Positions 49,460-60,828 of a DNA stretch of 64,000 nt are shown here, piece after piece. This DNA is from Patescibacteria group bacterium (GTDB lineage: Bacteria > Patescibacteriota > Minisyncoccia > Phycocordibacterales > JAKAEA01). Numbering within the stretch: the stretch's first letter is position 1; every line of letters begins with the position of its first letter. The stretch spans positions 782,922-846,921 of the forward strand of contig JAZKCY010000001.1 of the NCBI GenBank assembly GCA_040387855.1, in the 5' to 3' direction. Under the pieces are notes generated by a model that made no database searches, was not told the DNA's origin, and worked only from the letters and a program-made list of their open reading frames with translations. A program made the position numbers and the translations under genes.

Positions 49460-50002
49460 CTAGAAAATTTCCTCGGAAGCCATCTCTTCCTCACTCGTTT
49501 CTGTTTCTAAAGATGTGTTTACATCTTGTGACAAGCTCTTTCCGTCCTTTTCTACCCATCCGTAAGCTGACTTAGAAAACTTTGAAAGTGCAGGTGGATT
49601 ACCAGGTAAAATTGCTCGTACTTTATAGTAATACACAAGATCAGGAACGACAGTAACATCTTCATATGAAGTAACGTCAGTGCCAACTCTTACTACATAG
49701 GTTGTATCAGGAATAAAATCAAATGTAGTTGATCGATGAATTTCAAATCCAAGCTCATCCCCTGTCCGATCAAGCCAAGAAACAATAAGCGATGTATCGG
49801 TTGCAAATACTTTTGATCCCTCGCGAGTTAGATACTCTTGTGGAGATGGCGCTTTTGCACGTGGTTCGGGTGTTGCAACTGATGTACTTGTGATAACAGC
49901 AGCGGTAGTACTGTGTGGTACCAACCCAGCAAAATCACTCAAGGTATATCCTCCCCATGCAACAGCGATAGAAACAGCAGCTATAGTAATACTATTCTTC
50001 AT
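49460..50002 (-). CDS. Secreted protein with a fibronectin type III domain.
   Basis: Signal/anchor N-terminus and an FN3 signature (SLIVSWLDRTGDELGFEIHRS...YYYKVRA). Confidence 0.65.
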   Translation of the reverse strand: MKNSITIAAVSIAVAWGGYTLSDFAGLVPHSTTAAVITSTSVATPEPRAKAPSPQEYLTREGSKVFATDTSLIVSWLDRTGDELGFEIHRSTTFDFIPDTTYVVRVGTDVTSYEDVTVVPDLVYYYKVRAILPGNPPALSKFSKSAYGWVEKDGKSLSQDVNTSLETETSEEEMASEEIF

Positions 50003-50070
50003 AGTACTAGTATAGTCTTTTATTGCTTAGACTGCTTAGTATTTATCCACAGGCTAATAATTAATTTTAA

Positions 50071-51423
50071 TTAAAACGTAAATATATCGGTAACACTTCT
50101 GTAAATATATTGGAAAAAGGTTTCCTTTGGTGGAATAACAATCTCAGGAGTAGGTACATGTGCAGAAATCTGAAAATCAAAATAATTTTCTACTCCATAA
50201 TCTTCGATACTAAATTCTATTGTATTTTTACCACCTGGGGTAAATGTTCCTGCAGCAAGTGTAAGTATATGATCACGAGGCGTTGCGCATCCATGATTGA
50301 TACTTTCTTCTTTAGAAGCACTATTGGTCCACACTACACTACCGTTAAGTAAAATCTCATTTACTCTATTATCAATAGCGGATTTAACGATGAGAGTTCG
50401 CGCATCAGATGGCACAGATACAGTTGTGCTAACTTTCATTCGACTACTTGTTTTTTCTAACGGCCATGTAACATATGCACTTGAGAGAGCTTGTATAGCT
50501 AATGGGCAGCCGGCAACAGTACTTACAAATGGTCGTTTTGTAACCTCAATACTCTCAGAATTTTTAGTAACGTTTTGATAATCAATAGCATGATCAGAGG
50601 TAAATCCAAACGGAATGAGAACAGTTTCTGTTAATGAAGGATCATATGTTTCATCTACTTTTGACGGAGCGAGAGAAATAGTAGGTCCTTTAATTGATGT
50701 AGTCCCGGTTACTTTGCCATGTCGAAATGGCACAACTTTACGCATTCGTCCTTGGATTGCATCTATAGAACCAATTGTATGAACTTCTTTCGATAATACA
50801 TTCACTCGTGCAATACCAGTTTTAGGATCCGTATCACCTTCTCCAAGAAGTGAACCGTTTAAAGATCTCACGATTACATGCGCTGCCAAGTTTGCTCCAG
50901 ATACTTCTTCTTTAACTATTACATTGAGTGACGTTAAGATCGCGGGAGCAGCAGGTTTTGGAGTTGTGGGTCTAACTACTGGAGTAGAATTATTTGATTG
51001 TGGGACTTGTGGTACTGGTACATATTGTGTAGGTGTAGGAACATCTGGTGTTGGAACAATATTTGTAGATTGTGCTGGAGTCTCAGTATTATTTGAAACA
51101 GGTTGTTGAGCTGGTGTTTGCTGACTTCCCGCCTCACCAAAAGTCATCCATCCTTCTTCACTAAAAGATTCTGGTTGGTAATATTCCCCATATTCTCCTT
51201 CTGAAGGTTCTCCACCTGAGGAATCATCAAATCCATCAAGAGCATTTGCAGTAAGTACTTTCTGTGACATATCGAGTGACAGTGAATATGGTGAAGCACT
51301 AATGTATTCTTTTACATTTGAAATACCACAACGAGTCGTCTCAATGACAACAATTACGAGTAGGATAATGCCAATAGAAATTCCAATTTTAATATATCTA
51401 TCGTGGTAAATTCGTTTCTTCAT
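50071..51423 (-). CDS. Membrane-anchored extracellular protein with a Pro/Thr-rich linker; hypothetical.
   Basis: N-terminal TM helix, a PT-rich low-complexity region and a ~300-aa C-terminal domain with no recognised family. Confidence 0.55.
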   Translation of the reverse strand: MKKRIYHDRYIKIGISIGIILLVIVVIETTRCGISNVKEYISASPYSLSLDMSQKVLTANALDGFDDSSGGEPSEGEYGEYYQPESFSEEGWMTFGEAGSQQTPAQQPVSNNTETPAQSTNIVPTPDVPTPTQYVPVPQVPQSNNSTPVVRPTTPKPAAPAILTSLNVIVKEEVSGANLAAHVIVRSLNGSLLGEGDTDPKTGIARVNVLSKEVHTIGSIDAIQGRMRKVVPFRHGKVTGTTSIKGPTISLAPSKVDETYDPSLTETVLIPFGFTSDHAIDYQNVTKNSESIEVTKRPFVSTVAGCPLAIQALSSAYVTWPLEKTSSRMKVSTTVSVPSDARTLIVKSAIDNRVNEILLNGSVVWTNSASKEESINHGCATPRDHILTLAAGTFTPGGKNTIEFSIEDYGVENYFDFQISAHVPTPEIVIPPKETFFQYIYRSVTDIFTF

Positions 51424-51491
51424 AATTGAAATTAATTGTTATTCTATTTTACACCTGAATTGATTAGACTGCTCACCTTTTATCCCCAAAC

Positions 51492-51517
51492 AAAAACCAC
51501 CCGAAGGTGGTTTTTTT
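51492..51517. terminator. Strong bidirectional-looking rho-independent terminator.
   Basis: AAAAACCACC-CGAA-GGTGG followed by TTTTTTT; on the minus strand it terminates the gene 51524-52684. Confidence 0.8.
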
Positions 51518-51523
51518 GTTTTA

Positions 51524-52684
51524 CTATTTTTTCTCTCTTAAGAGATCAATAACATTTGAAGTCTTAATTACGTTTCCACTACTATCGAGTGCCATAATCA
51601 TATAATGATAATGAGTATCTACACTAGGGCTTTTAGCAATCTTTGCATCTTTATATGTCTTAACACTGTGGTTTACCTTTGCTAGTGTTAGGTTGGTTTT
51701 TGACATATCTCTTAATAACTGCTCATTAGCTGCGCGACCAGCTTCACTACTTGGACCTGTTGAAACGGCTCGGCGGATCAAGTATGACTTAGCTGGCACT
51801 TGTGTAGCATTGTTATCAGTCCATGTGAGCTCAAATCGAGGTGCACCAAGCCATGAATGACTGATTTTCCAATTGAGAGCGAGATTGCTACTTGGTGTAG
51901 GAGTAGTTGGAGTTGAAGGAGCTGTTACAGCAGTAGCTGTAAAGGTTACAGAAACAGGATCACTATATCGTGAAAATCCCCTGCTGTTCTTTACTCGTGC
52001 TTTATAGGTATATGTTTTTCCAGCTACAACTTCCTTGTCGTTATAATCAATGGTACCAACAGCATCAGTTGCATTAAGTGTAAATTTCTTTGTTCCCGTT
52101 CCACCAGTTCGTTCGATTTCAAATCCTGTTTCATTTCTAGAAGGACTTGTAAATTGTACGAGCACTCCACCATTTGCGACTCGAGCAGTGATACTTGTAA
52201 CTCGTGGAGGGGTTCCTTTTGATACCCATGCAGAATCTACATTTGAGTATGTTGAGAATGTTGACATAACATATGCTCGCACTCGATACCATTTCTGCTG
52301 ATCTGGAGTATGTGCTTCAGTATCACAATACCCTTTCTTTGGTTTATATTGATCATAGGTAACTCGCTTTATGACACTCCATGTTGCTCCACCGTCAGTT
52401 GATCTCTCAATATCAAATCCTCCGTTCACTAAAGCGACACTGTTCCAAGTAAGACAAATTTTATCACTACTACTTGGTACTGAACTTGTACTACCATCAA
52501 TTACATCCAAGTTTGTTGGAGCCGGTGTTGCACTATTTTGTACAGGACCATAGACTGCAGCAGCAGTTGAATCACCATCTAATTTGAATGGACCAATTTT
52601 TGCAAGATACAATCCTCCAATAATAAGTGCTGCGATAACCAAAACTATTAGTATGGGAGCAAATCCCTTCTTCTGGTGTTTCAT
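51524..52684 (-). CDS. Membrane-anchored surface protein with two or three fibronectin type III domains.
   Basis: N-terminal TM helix and repeated FN3 signatures (LTWNSV...GFDIERSTDGGATWS...YRVRA; GFEIERTGGTG...TYKARV). Confidence 0.65.
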   Translation of the reverse strand: MKHQKKGFAPILIVLVIAALIIGGLYLAKIGPFKLDGDSTAAAVYGPVQNSATPAPTNLDVIDGSTSSVPSSSDKICLTWNSVALVNGGFDIERSTDGGATWSVIKRVTYDQYKPKKGYCDTEAHTPDQQKWYRVRAYVMSTFSTYSNVDSAWVSKGTPPRVTSITARVANGGVLVQFTSPSRNETGFEIERTGGTGTKKFTLNATDAVGTIDYNDKEVVAGKTYTYKARVKNSRGFSRYSDPVSVTFTATAVTAPSTPTTPTPSSNLALNWKISHSWLGAPRFELTWTDNNATQVPAKSYLIRRAVSTGPSSEAGRAANEQLLRDMSKTNLTLAKVNHSVKTYKDAKIAKSPSVDTHYHYMIMALDSSGNVIKTSNVIDLLREKK

Positions 52685-52759
52685 AAAAGTAATTAATTCT
52701 TAATGAAGTAAGTATACCTTTATTTTCTCATTCTCACTGAAGAGTTATCCCCAGAGATA

Positions 52760-54670
52760 TTAATATCCGTCAAATTCTCGCATTTGTTTAAGTAGATCAG
52801 ATTCAGTATCTCTTATTGTTCCAGAGCAATTAAATCCATCTGTGAGACTACTTGAGAAAAATCCTGCCATACTTCCTTCGAGATCATTCTTAGTATAAGA
52901 ATTTTTTGTGGCATTATACCAATCTAGAGGATTAATCGTTTTTTTAGGAACACCTTTAGGACTTTTTGCCGCAGTTTCAGCTTGTTTTTGTTTCTGAGCA
53001 CTTGCAGAGGCACTCATTTCATTACGCATCTTACTTAATTGTGTCCCTGAAGTACCATTGGATTTAGCAAATGCATCAAATTCATTTTCTGAAAGTGCAC
53101 CATTACTATTCTGGTCAAACTTCTTCATATCATCCCAAAGCTTATCTGTATTTACTCCACCTTTATCGTAGTGCTTTTTCTTCATAGCATATTCAAGCAA
53201 AATCTTGTAGTACTCAGGAAGACCATCTGGGAACACAGGATTGTTTGGATCAATAACATGCACCAATGTTTCTTTTCCAGCCTCTTTTTCAGTATCATTT
53301 TTATTGTAAGCTACAAGTGTCTTCACCTTTTGCGGACCAGCTTTTGTAAATGTACAAATTGGAGAGGTTAAAACTCGTCTTTCTGTTGTTACAGTTACAA
53401 AGTCTGCCTTATTCGAGTTTGGACATAGTGCAGAATAAGTTAATGGAACAGGACCACCGATACTAGTAGCTGATTGGTTTACATCGATGGCTCGAACCTC
53501 GGCTTCTATAGAAAGGCACAGACTTGGCTCAGACGATTTAATTATATAGAGCGGCATTGGAGTTGGAAAATGTATAGTGAATGCATCATCTCTATCAAAA
53601 ATATAAAATTTAACCTTTCCACTTTTCGTATTTTGACTACTTGGATTTGTAGTTGCATTAAATTCAAGAGTGAAATCTTGGGGTAATACAGAATTATCAG
53701 CTGTAAATGTTACGGGAATAGTGCATTTTGAATCAGGAGTGCATGTATTACCTCCAGGATATGTAACTGTTACTCCCTTTGGTGGAGTAGTAAGTGCCGA
53801 TACATTAACGCTAATAGGACTTGGCTTACCTTCAAGAAGTTCTATTATTATAGTATCCGTAAATGCTTGTCCTCGAACAAGACCAATGACTTGGGCTGGA
53901 ATATACATTTCATAATCAAACTCTTCATCAATAACATTTAATGTTGTGAGGACATAGGTAAATCCACCAAAAATTAAGTCTAAGAAATCTTCAATTTTTT
54001 CAATAATATATTCAAATAATGATTGAGATTCTGCTGGAGGTGTTGTATCACCTTCAGTATATCCAACAATAGCAATATCATCGCGATTATTTGATTCTTG
54101 TTGTCCAACAGGCTGTGAACCTTCAGACGTTATAGAACTATTCACTCGTGATGGAGATGGATTTGATGTTGGTGTTGTATTCCCTGACGTTGGTATATGC
54201 TTAGGTGCAGTTGTTTGCTGTTGTTGTGAAGACTGTGTAGGTGATGGTTCCCGAATTGTTTGAGGTGCAGTATAGGTAGGATTAGGTGTAGAAGTTACAG
54301 GAAAATTGCTTATGTTCTGGGCAGGCACTTCAGATTGTGATTCTGAATCTGGATTAGTGTCTATAGGTGAAGTGTCAGAACCTGATGAATCAGAATCAAT
54401 AGGATTATTATTTTCTGATTCACTTTCGGATGGTTCTTGTTGTTCAGATGGACTATCAGACCCATTTGATTCTTCTATTACTGATTGTGAATCACTGACT
54501 GAAGGCTCATATGATGTACCACTTCCACTACCCAAGGCTAAATATCCTGTTGCACTATTTTTTTGTGTTGAAGCACTAGTGTCAAGATTAATAATACTAT
54601 TGGAAACAATGCTTAATACAATAGCTGAAGCTAAAATTCCACCAACTATTATTTTAGAACGAAAGTCCAT
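52760..54670 (-). CDS. Membrane-anchored extracellular protein with a long acidic Ser/Pro/Thr/Glu-rich linker and a C-terminal domain containing an EF-hand/dockerin-like calcium-binding loop.
   Basis: N-terminal TM helix, ~200 aa of low complexity, and a DQNSNGALSENE 12-residue EF-hand loop (D-x-N-x-N-G-x-L-x-x-x-E) near the C-terminus. Confidence 0.6.
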   Translation of the reverse strand: MDFRSKIIVGGILASAIVLSIVSNSIINLDTSASTQKNSATGYLALGSGSGTSYEPSVSDSQSVIEESNGSDSPSEQQEPSESESENNNPIDSDSSGSDTSPIDTNPDSESQSEVPAQNISNFPVTSTPNPTYTAPQTIREPSPTQSSQQQQTTAPKHIPTSGNTTPTSNPSPSRVNSSITSEGSQPVGQQESNNRDDIAIVGYTEGDTTPPAESQSLFEYIIEKIEDFLDLIFGGFTYVLTTLNVIDEEFDYEMYIPAQVIGLVRGQAFTDTIIIELLEGKPSPISVNVSALTTPPKGVTVTYPGGNTCTPDSKCTIPVTFTADNSVLPQDFTLEFNATTNPSSQNTKSGKVKFYIFDRDDAFTIHFPTPMPLYIIKSSEPSLCLSIEAEVRAIDVNQSATSIGGPVPLTYSALCPNSNKADFVTVTTERRVLTSPICTFTKAGPQKVKTLVAYNKNDTEKEAGKETLVHVIDPNNPVFPDGLPEYYKILLEYAMKKKHYDKGGVNTDKLWDDMKKFDQNSNGALSENEFDAFAKSNGTSGTQLSKMRNEMSASASAQKQKQAETAAKSPKGVPKKTINPLDWYNATKNSYTKNDLEGSMAGFFSSSLTDGFNCSGTIRDTESDLLKQMREFDGY

Positions 54671-54745
54671 ATAGTTTTACATTAAGATACTATTAGTATT
54701 GAAGCAAATCCCTTTTTTGTGATGGTTCATAAAGGTTATCTGCAC

Positions 54746-57700
54746 TTAGTAAGATCCACTTCCGCTTCCGCTTCCGCTTCCGTTACCACTACCAGAACTA
54801 TCGTCAGTAGTATCATCTGAACCACTACCACTACCAGAATTATCGTCGGTAGTATCATCTGAATCAGAACCCGAACCACTTCCGCTTCCCGTTTCTGGTT
54901 CTGGTTGATTGTATGTTGGACTTTGATATATAGGTGAAGTGGGATTACTTTGATTAGAAGGATTTGTAGGAGTTGTAGGAGTTGTAGGAGTTGTAGGAGT
55001 TGTAGGAGTTGTAGGAGTTGTAGGCACTGTCTGAGTTTTCAATGGTGTAATATTAGACGTTGAATTTAGTGATTTGTTAGGAGATATTGGAGTAGTAGGT
55101 GTCTCTAGTGGAGTAATTTCAGTAGGTTTTTGAGGCACGTCAGATATTGAGGCTTTTACTAATGGAATTGATTGTTTATAGACTCCTCCAGTATAAGTCT
55201 CTACTATCTGAATTCTCTTAGAAGGATTTGCATAACCAGGAGAAGTAATATTACTTATAAGAACTTGAAGCGTCCCAGGTACATTCGTTATAAATGGGCC
55301 TATGGTAGTTTTTTCACCAACTACTGTGTAGCTTTTCTGAGCGTTATTAGTTGGAACATAACTTATTGTAAATGCACCTTTGGTAAGAATCTGTCCAGTA
55401 TCTTTATCTGTTAAAATAATTTCAAGAAATGCCGGTTTTACGACTTGATTTATTGTTGGAATTTTCTGGGTAATCAAAGGAACCTTTGGAGCATCTATAG
55501 TAGTAACATTAGGATCAATTGGATATGACACTGGAAAATCTAAAGGTGTTGTAGGAGGTGGTGTTGGATTATCAGATCCCCCAAAAAGGTCATCAATCCA
55601 ATCAAGGATCTTTTCTATAATTTTAATAATGAAATCGATAAGCCCTCCTGATTCAGAAGTTGAATCCATACCATCACGCGTGAGTTGTATAGTAAGAAAA
55701 TTTGCCCCTCGAATAAGTGATGTCTCTTTCGAACCAAAATCATAAGAAATCTTTGACGCATTAACGACTACAGTACTTTTTGTTTTGAGAACTACTGCAT
55801 TTTTGTTAAACAATGCATTTCCAGAAGCATCAGTACTTAAAGTCGTCATAACTGAAGGAGTACTCTTTTGTCGAACATCAACATACGCACTTTCTAACTT
55901 TTCTCCCTTAGTGTTTGTTACGGTGACTTGCAATGTCGTACATACGTCGGCTCGTTGATTTATACGATCTTTAAGACTTGAAAGTTGAGCAAGACTTTTA
56001 TCATCAGTATATCCAAATGGACTGTGGGCTCGGACTAATTCTGGAGTACCGTTTACTTCACCTCCTGTCCAATCGATATAATTTGAATTGTTGGTAATTG
56101 AATCTTCGGCAGCAATAATTTGTTGAGCATCACCACTAAAGAGCGCACTAAAAGCCCGGATTATAGGATCATTAATCGCTCCCCCCTTTAAAGCGCTCCA
56201 TAGAGGTGGATCAACGGGAATAAGTTCAACACACTTATCGTTAAGCTCTTTTACAATGTTATGTGAAATCACTGCCCCAAGTGAAGTGGATACCACAAGT
56301 ACTTTATGATTCTTTGCTCGAGATGCTTGTATGACAGCCTTGATTTCTTGTATCTTAGCAGCTGATACGGTGCCTCTTCCATTCTCCAATGGAATGTATT
56401 TAGTATAAGCAGGATCATTGGCAAAGGTTTTATCTACCCATGCTTTATACTGATCTTTATCATCTCCAGCACTACTCCATCCTCCAACAAAAATTATATC
56501 TACTGGACAATCATTGCAAATAGAAGAAACTAATTGCGCAGCGGTACCTGGGACACCTTTTTCTCCCAGTGTACCCTTTTCACCCATTGCACCTTCTAAT
56601 TTATTTAGAGGTACCTCAGTTGCAGGAGTAGGATCATAGCTACCAGTACCTAAGTTAGAAGGTAGTTCTGGCTGATGTACAGGTGGTGGTACGTATGGCT
56701 TGTATTCTGGAATATCAGATGAAGGTGTAAAAAATGATTCTATTACATCTAATATTTGTTTAAAAATAGAAACAAACTTATTTAAAATAGATATAAACAA
56801 ACGTGGTTCGGGACAATCCAATTCATTTTTATCTTGTTCAAAAGTTACGCAAATATCAGCATGAAATTCATCACTTGATGGTAATACTTTTATTCTAATG
56901 TTGTTTGCTTTATCAATGAAACTATTGTTACTGTCCAAAACTTTAAGTAACACCGCATCAGGATTAGCGCCATTTTCTTGTTTTGCAAACGACTTCTTTG
57001 TTTCAGCATCAAAACCAAATCCTGAATAATCAGTTGAAACCCAAACATTATATTTAAAATGGGAGCCACCAGTTTCCATTGGAAATTCCAATACTTTAGA
57101 CTGATCTACTACAGGAAAACCATTGTTACTCTGACTTCGTAGTTCGACAAAAAGATGAGTATCATTATCCCCCACAATATCAAGGCCAACCTTATCTGAA
57201 TTATCTGCTTGAAAGGTCATACTTGCTATGGAATATGTACCTGTTTTTTTTACTGTTTCAACTTTTGTAGGGCCTGGATTATCTATCTTAAATTTTTTAC
57301 TTAAAATATCACTAATTTTTAACTTATGAATAAGTGACAATTTCCCATCTTCTATACCCATTATTGTGGAACCATAATTTTGCCCATTACAACTTGTAAC
57401 TGGATATACAATGTCTTCCGTACCACAATCAACACTCCCAAAATGGCCCAATCCCAATACATGATAAGCTTCATGCATATAGGTTTCAAATGAACTGATA
57501 CTGCTACCCGAGACATATACCTCATTTTCATTGATCAGTTCTGGCTGATTTATGAATGCACAACCACTTATCTCACACAATATTCCATATTGCTTTGCTG
57601 GTGGAGATACAAAAAACACAATGTCATAATCACTGGAGTTTAATAGTGGGTCATATTTGTAAACACCTTTATAAGCATCACTCATCCATCTTTTAATGGT

Positions 57701-58054
57701 TGAATAATCTATAGTTTTATCTTCTAAAATACTCCCCGTATCAGTTGCTGGTATCTTTTTATTCTTAACCTGGATCGGTTCAGTAAATGAATTCGAATTT
57801 ATAAAGAACTCCAACTTACTTACAGTATTCGTTATACTCGCAGCATCTGTATCTGATAACTTTATATCCGAAAAAGACATCGGTATTGTTAAGGTTTTTA
57901 ACTGAGGAGAATCTTTATTTGGAACGCCGCTTACTCCCGCTATACCTGCAATATTATTCTCTCTATGCTGAAGCAAACTATTAACTTCAAAAGTAGAAAA
58001 AAAACTTACTATAAAAACTATAGCTGCTGTTGCGAGTATTTGATAATCTTTCAC
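54746..58054 (-). CDS. 1102-aa multidomain extracellular protein: N-terminal anchor, metzincin-type zinc metalloprotease domain (HEAYHVLGLGH), collagen-like GxK stretch, alpha/beta-hydrolase-like domain (VSTSLGA nucleophile elbow), (TPT)n linker and a C-terminal GS/D-rich low-complexity tail.
   Basis: GTG start at 58054 preceded by an extended -10 (TGATATTAT) only ~6 nt upstream. The HExxHxxGxxH motif is intact. In-frame microsatellites lie at 54958-55024 and 54758-54783. Confidence 0.7.
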   Translation of the reverse strand: MKDYQILATAAIVFIVSFFSTFEVNSLLQHRENNIAGIAGVSGVPNKDSPQLKTLTIPMSFSDIKLSDTDAASITNTVSKLEFFINSNSFTEPIQVKNKKIPATDTGSILEDKTIDYSTIKRWMSDAYKGVYKYDPLLNSSDYDIVFFVSPPAKQYGILCEISGCAFINQPELINENEVYVSGSSISSFETYMHEAYHVLGLGHFGSVDCGTEDIVYPVTSCNGQNYGSTIMGIEDGKLSLIHKLKISDILSKKFKIDNPGPTKVETVKKTGTYSIASMTFQADNSDKVGLDIVGDNDTHLFVELRSQSNNGFPVVDQSKVLEFPMETGGSHFKYNVWVSTDYSGFGFDAETKKSFAKQENGANPDAVLLKVLDSNNSFIDKANNIRIKVLPSSDEFHADICVTFEQDKNELDCPEPRLFISILNKFVSIFKQILDVIESFFTPSSDIPEYKPYVPPPVHQPELPSNLGTGSYDPTPATEVPLNKLEGAMGEKGTLGEKGVPGTAAQLVSSICNDCPVDIIFVGGWSSAGDDKDQYKAWVDKTFANDPAYTKYIPLENGRGTVSAAKIQEIKAVIQASRAKNHKVLVVSTSLGAVISHNIVKELNDKCVELIPVDPPLWSALKGGAINDPIIRAFSALFSGDAQQIIAAEDSITNNSNYIDWTGGEVNGTPELVRAHSPFGYTDDKSLAQLSSLKDRINQRADVCTTLQVTVTNTKGEKLESAYVDVRQKSTPSVMTTLSTDASGNALFNKNAVVLKTKSTVVVNASKISYDFGSKETSLIRGANFLTIQLTRDGMDSTSESGGLIDFIIKIIEKILDWIDDLFGGSDNPTPPPTTPLDFPVSYPIDPNVTTIDAPKVPLITQKIPTINQVVKPAFLEIILTDKDTGQILTKGAFTISYVPTNNAQKSYTVVGEKTTIGPFITNVPGTLQVLISNITSPGYANPSKRIQIVETYTGGVYKQSIPLVKASISDVPQKPTEITPLETPTTPISPNKSLNSTSNITPLKTQTVPTTPTTPTTPTTPTTPTTPTNPSNQSNPTSPIYQSPTYNQPEPETGSGSGSGSDSDDTTDDNSGSGSGSDDTTDDSSGSGNGSGSGSGSGSY

Positions 58055-58117
58055 ACTCTCTATAATATCACGGCTCTACTATATACTTTTTTTTGTTTTC
58101 CCCATAAAAAATATGAG

Positions 58118-58146
58118 CAACACAAAAGCCACTCTTTCGAGTGGCC
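58118..58146 (-). terminator. Rho-independent terminator downstream of the 16S rRNA gene.
   Basis: Minus strand reads GGCCACTC-GAAA-GAGTGGC followed by TTTTGTGTT. The GNRA-looped hairpin lies ~15 nt after the 16S trailer stem strand. Confidence 0.7.
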
Positions 58147-58159
58147 TTTGCGACGTATC

Positions 58160-58180
58160 ATTCTTTATTTTGTTCCGTTC
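58160..58180. other. 3' (trailer) strand of the 16S precursor processing stem; it pairs with 59890-59910.
   Basis: ATTCTTTATTTTGTTCCGTTC is the exact reverse complement of GAACGGAACAAAATAAAGAAT at 59890-59910, about 1.7 kb away across the 16S gene. Confidence 0.8.
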
Positions 58181-58289
58181 AGTTGTGTTCTTTCACACCG
58201 TCTGATGCTTTAGGAAATCATCGTTCCATTGCGAACCCTTAAGGAGCCCACAATATCGACTCAATAAGCTAACATACTTCCGAAGAAGG

Positions 58290-59826
<1,537 letters not shown>

Positions 59827-59889
59827 AATTATAAGATTATACTCATAAGTTCTCTACTGACCGAAGTCTGTAGAGAAATGTTTGGAGTC

Positions 59890-59910
59890 GAACGGAACAA
59901 AATAAAGAAT
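59890..59910. other. 5' (leader) strand of the 16S precursor processing stem (RNase III-type helix).
   Basis: Perfect 21-bp complement of 58160-58180; located ~65 nt upstream of the 16S 5' end. Confidence 0.8.
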
Positions 59911-60094
59911 AATATACTCTCGCATTTATACGCTCGTCAATCTTAACTCAGTAATGTGCCTCTCGCATTGCTATTTGAGAGGCTTCTGGAATTATTTATA
60001 AAAGAATTTTCTTGGAACTTGCTGTTCTCAAGTATTCATATTTCAAAGTACCTGCCCCGCTTGAAACATTGCTATTTCTAGTGAGGTAAGTACC

Positions 60095-60122
60095 AGTATA
60101 CGGATATATAAAAGGAAGTCAA
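60095..60122 (-). promoter_or_regulatory. Sigma70-like rRNA promoter P1 (TTGACT-N16-TATACT).
   Basis: Read on the minus strand: -35 TTGACT (60117-60122), a 16-nt spacer and -10 TATACT (60095-60100), ~270 nt upstream of the 16S 5' end. A second candidate (TTGACG-N18-TATATT, 59911-59940) abuts the leader stem. Confidence 0.6.
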
Positions 60123-60174
60123 GACGAAATTATAATTATGCCTTTAAACCCAAAATATGGCTCTAAATATGAGC

Positions 60175-60810
60175 CTATTTTACAAAGATACTGGAACCGA
60201 CTACAGATTCAAACAACTTCTCCATATTTTCTATATCTTTAGAGTGCTGAGCATCCACTTTTTTGATTTGTGAGACCTTATCTGTATAAAGTGCCTCCCC
60301 ATTAGTACTATGAAGAAATAAGCTTATTTCATAACATTTTGCATCTTTTAACACTGCATACTCAGTAGTTTTATAGGCATTACCAGCCCCAGCATCTTCA
60401 AAGATACTTTTAGTAAAAGCTGTGCCATTTAGAACTACGTCTGTTGTTGATACAGCTCGGTTTTCAGGATTGCTTGGAATAGCAGTACATTTGTCATGAA
60501 AGACCACATCTATTCGAGCCTCTTTAATTAAGTGAGTTTCAAAGTATGGTTTTGTTTCAGGAATGTTGAGACTGAAAACTTCTTCCCCATCTTCGGGTAT
60601 AAAGTCAGTAGGTGCCTTAAATGTAATAGTCCCCTCACCGGCTTGAAATGTTTTCCAGCTATCTGTATTGAGTATCGTACTTTGGAGTGAATTTCCATCA
60701 GGACTATTCGATCCTCTTGTGAAAACGACAAAACCAACAGCTACAATAATAACTACAATTAAAGTTATGAGTATCCTTATATTCTTCTTATCCTTATTCC
60801 TCTTCTTCAT
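60175..60810 (-). CDS. Membrane-anchored hypothetical extracytoplasmic protein.
   Basis: Lys-rich N-terminus with a TM helix (ILITLIVVIIVAVGFVVF) and a ~180-aa domain with no recognised family. Confidence 0.55.
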   Translation of the reverse strand: MKKRNKDKKNIRILITLIVVIIVAVGFVVFTRGSNSPDGNSLQSTILNTDSWKTFQAGEGTITFKAPTDFIPEDGEEVFSLNIPETKPYFETHLIKEARIDVVFHDKCTAIPSNPENRAVSTTDVVLNGTAFTKSIFEDAGAGNAYKTTEYAVLKDAKCYEISLFLHSTNGEALYTDKVSQIKKVDAQHSKDIENMEKLFESVVGSSIFVK

Positions 60811-60828
60811 ACCTAAATTGTACTCTTT

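Noticed and set aside
58186-58250. Alternative 16S 3' end at CUCCUUAAGG (58237-58246) as a degenerate anti-SD.
   Set aside because: Not adopted as the primary call. It lies about 75 nt beyond helix 45, separated by structured extra sequence, and lacks the full CCUCC. I kept it as an explicit alternative in the finding.
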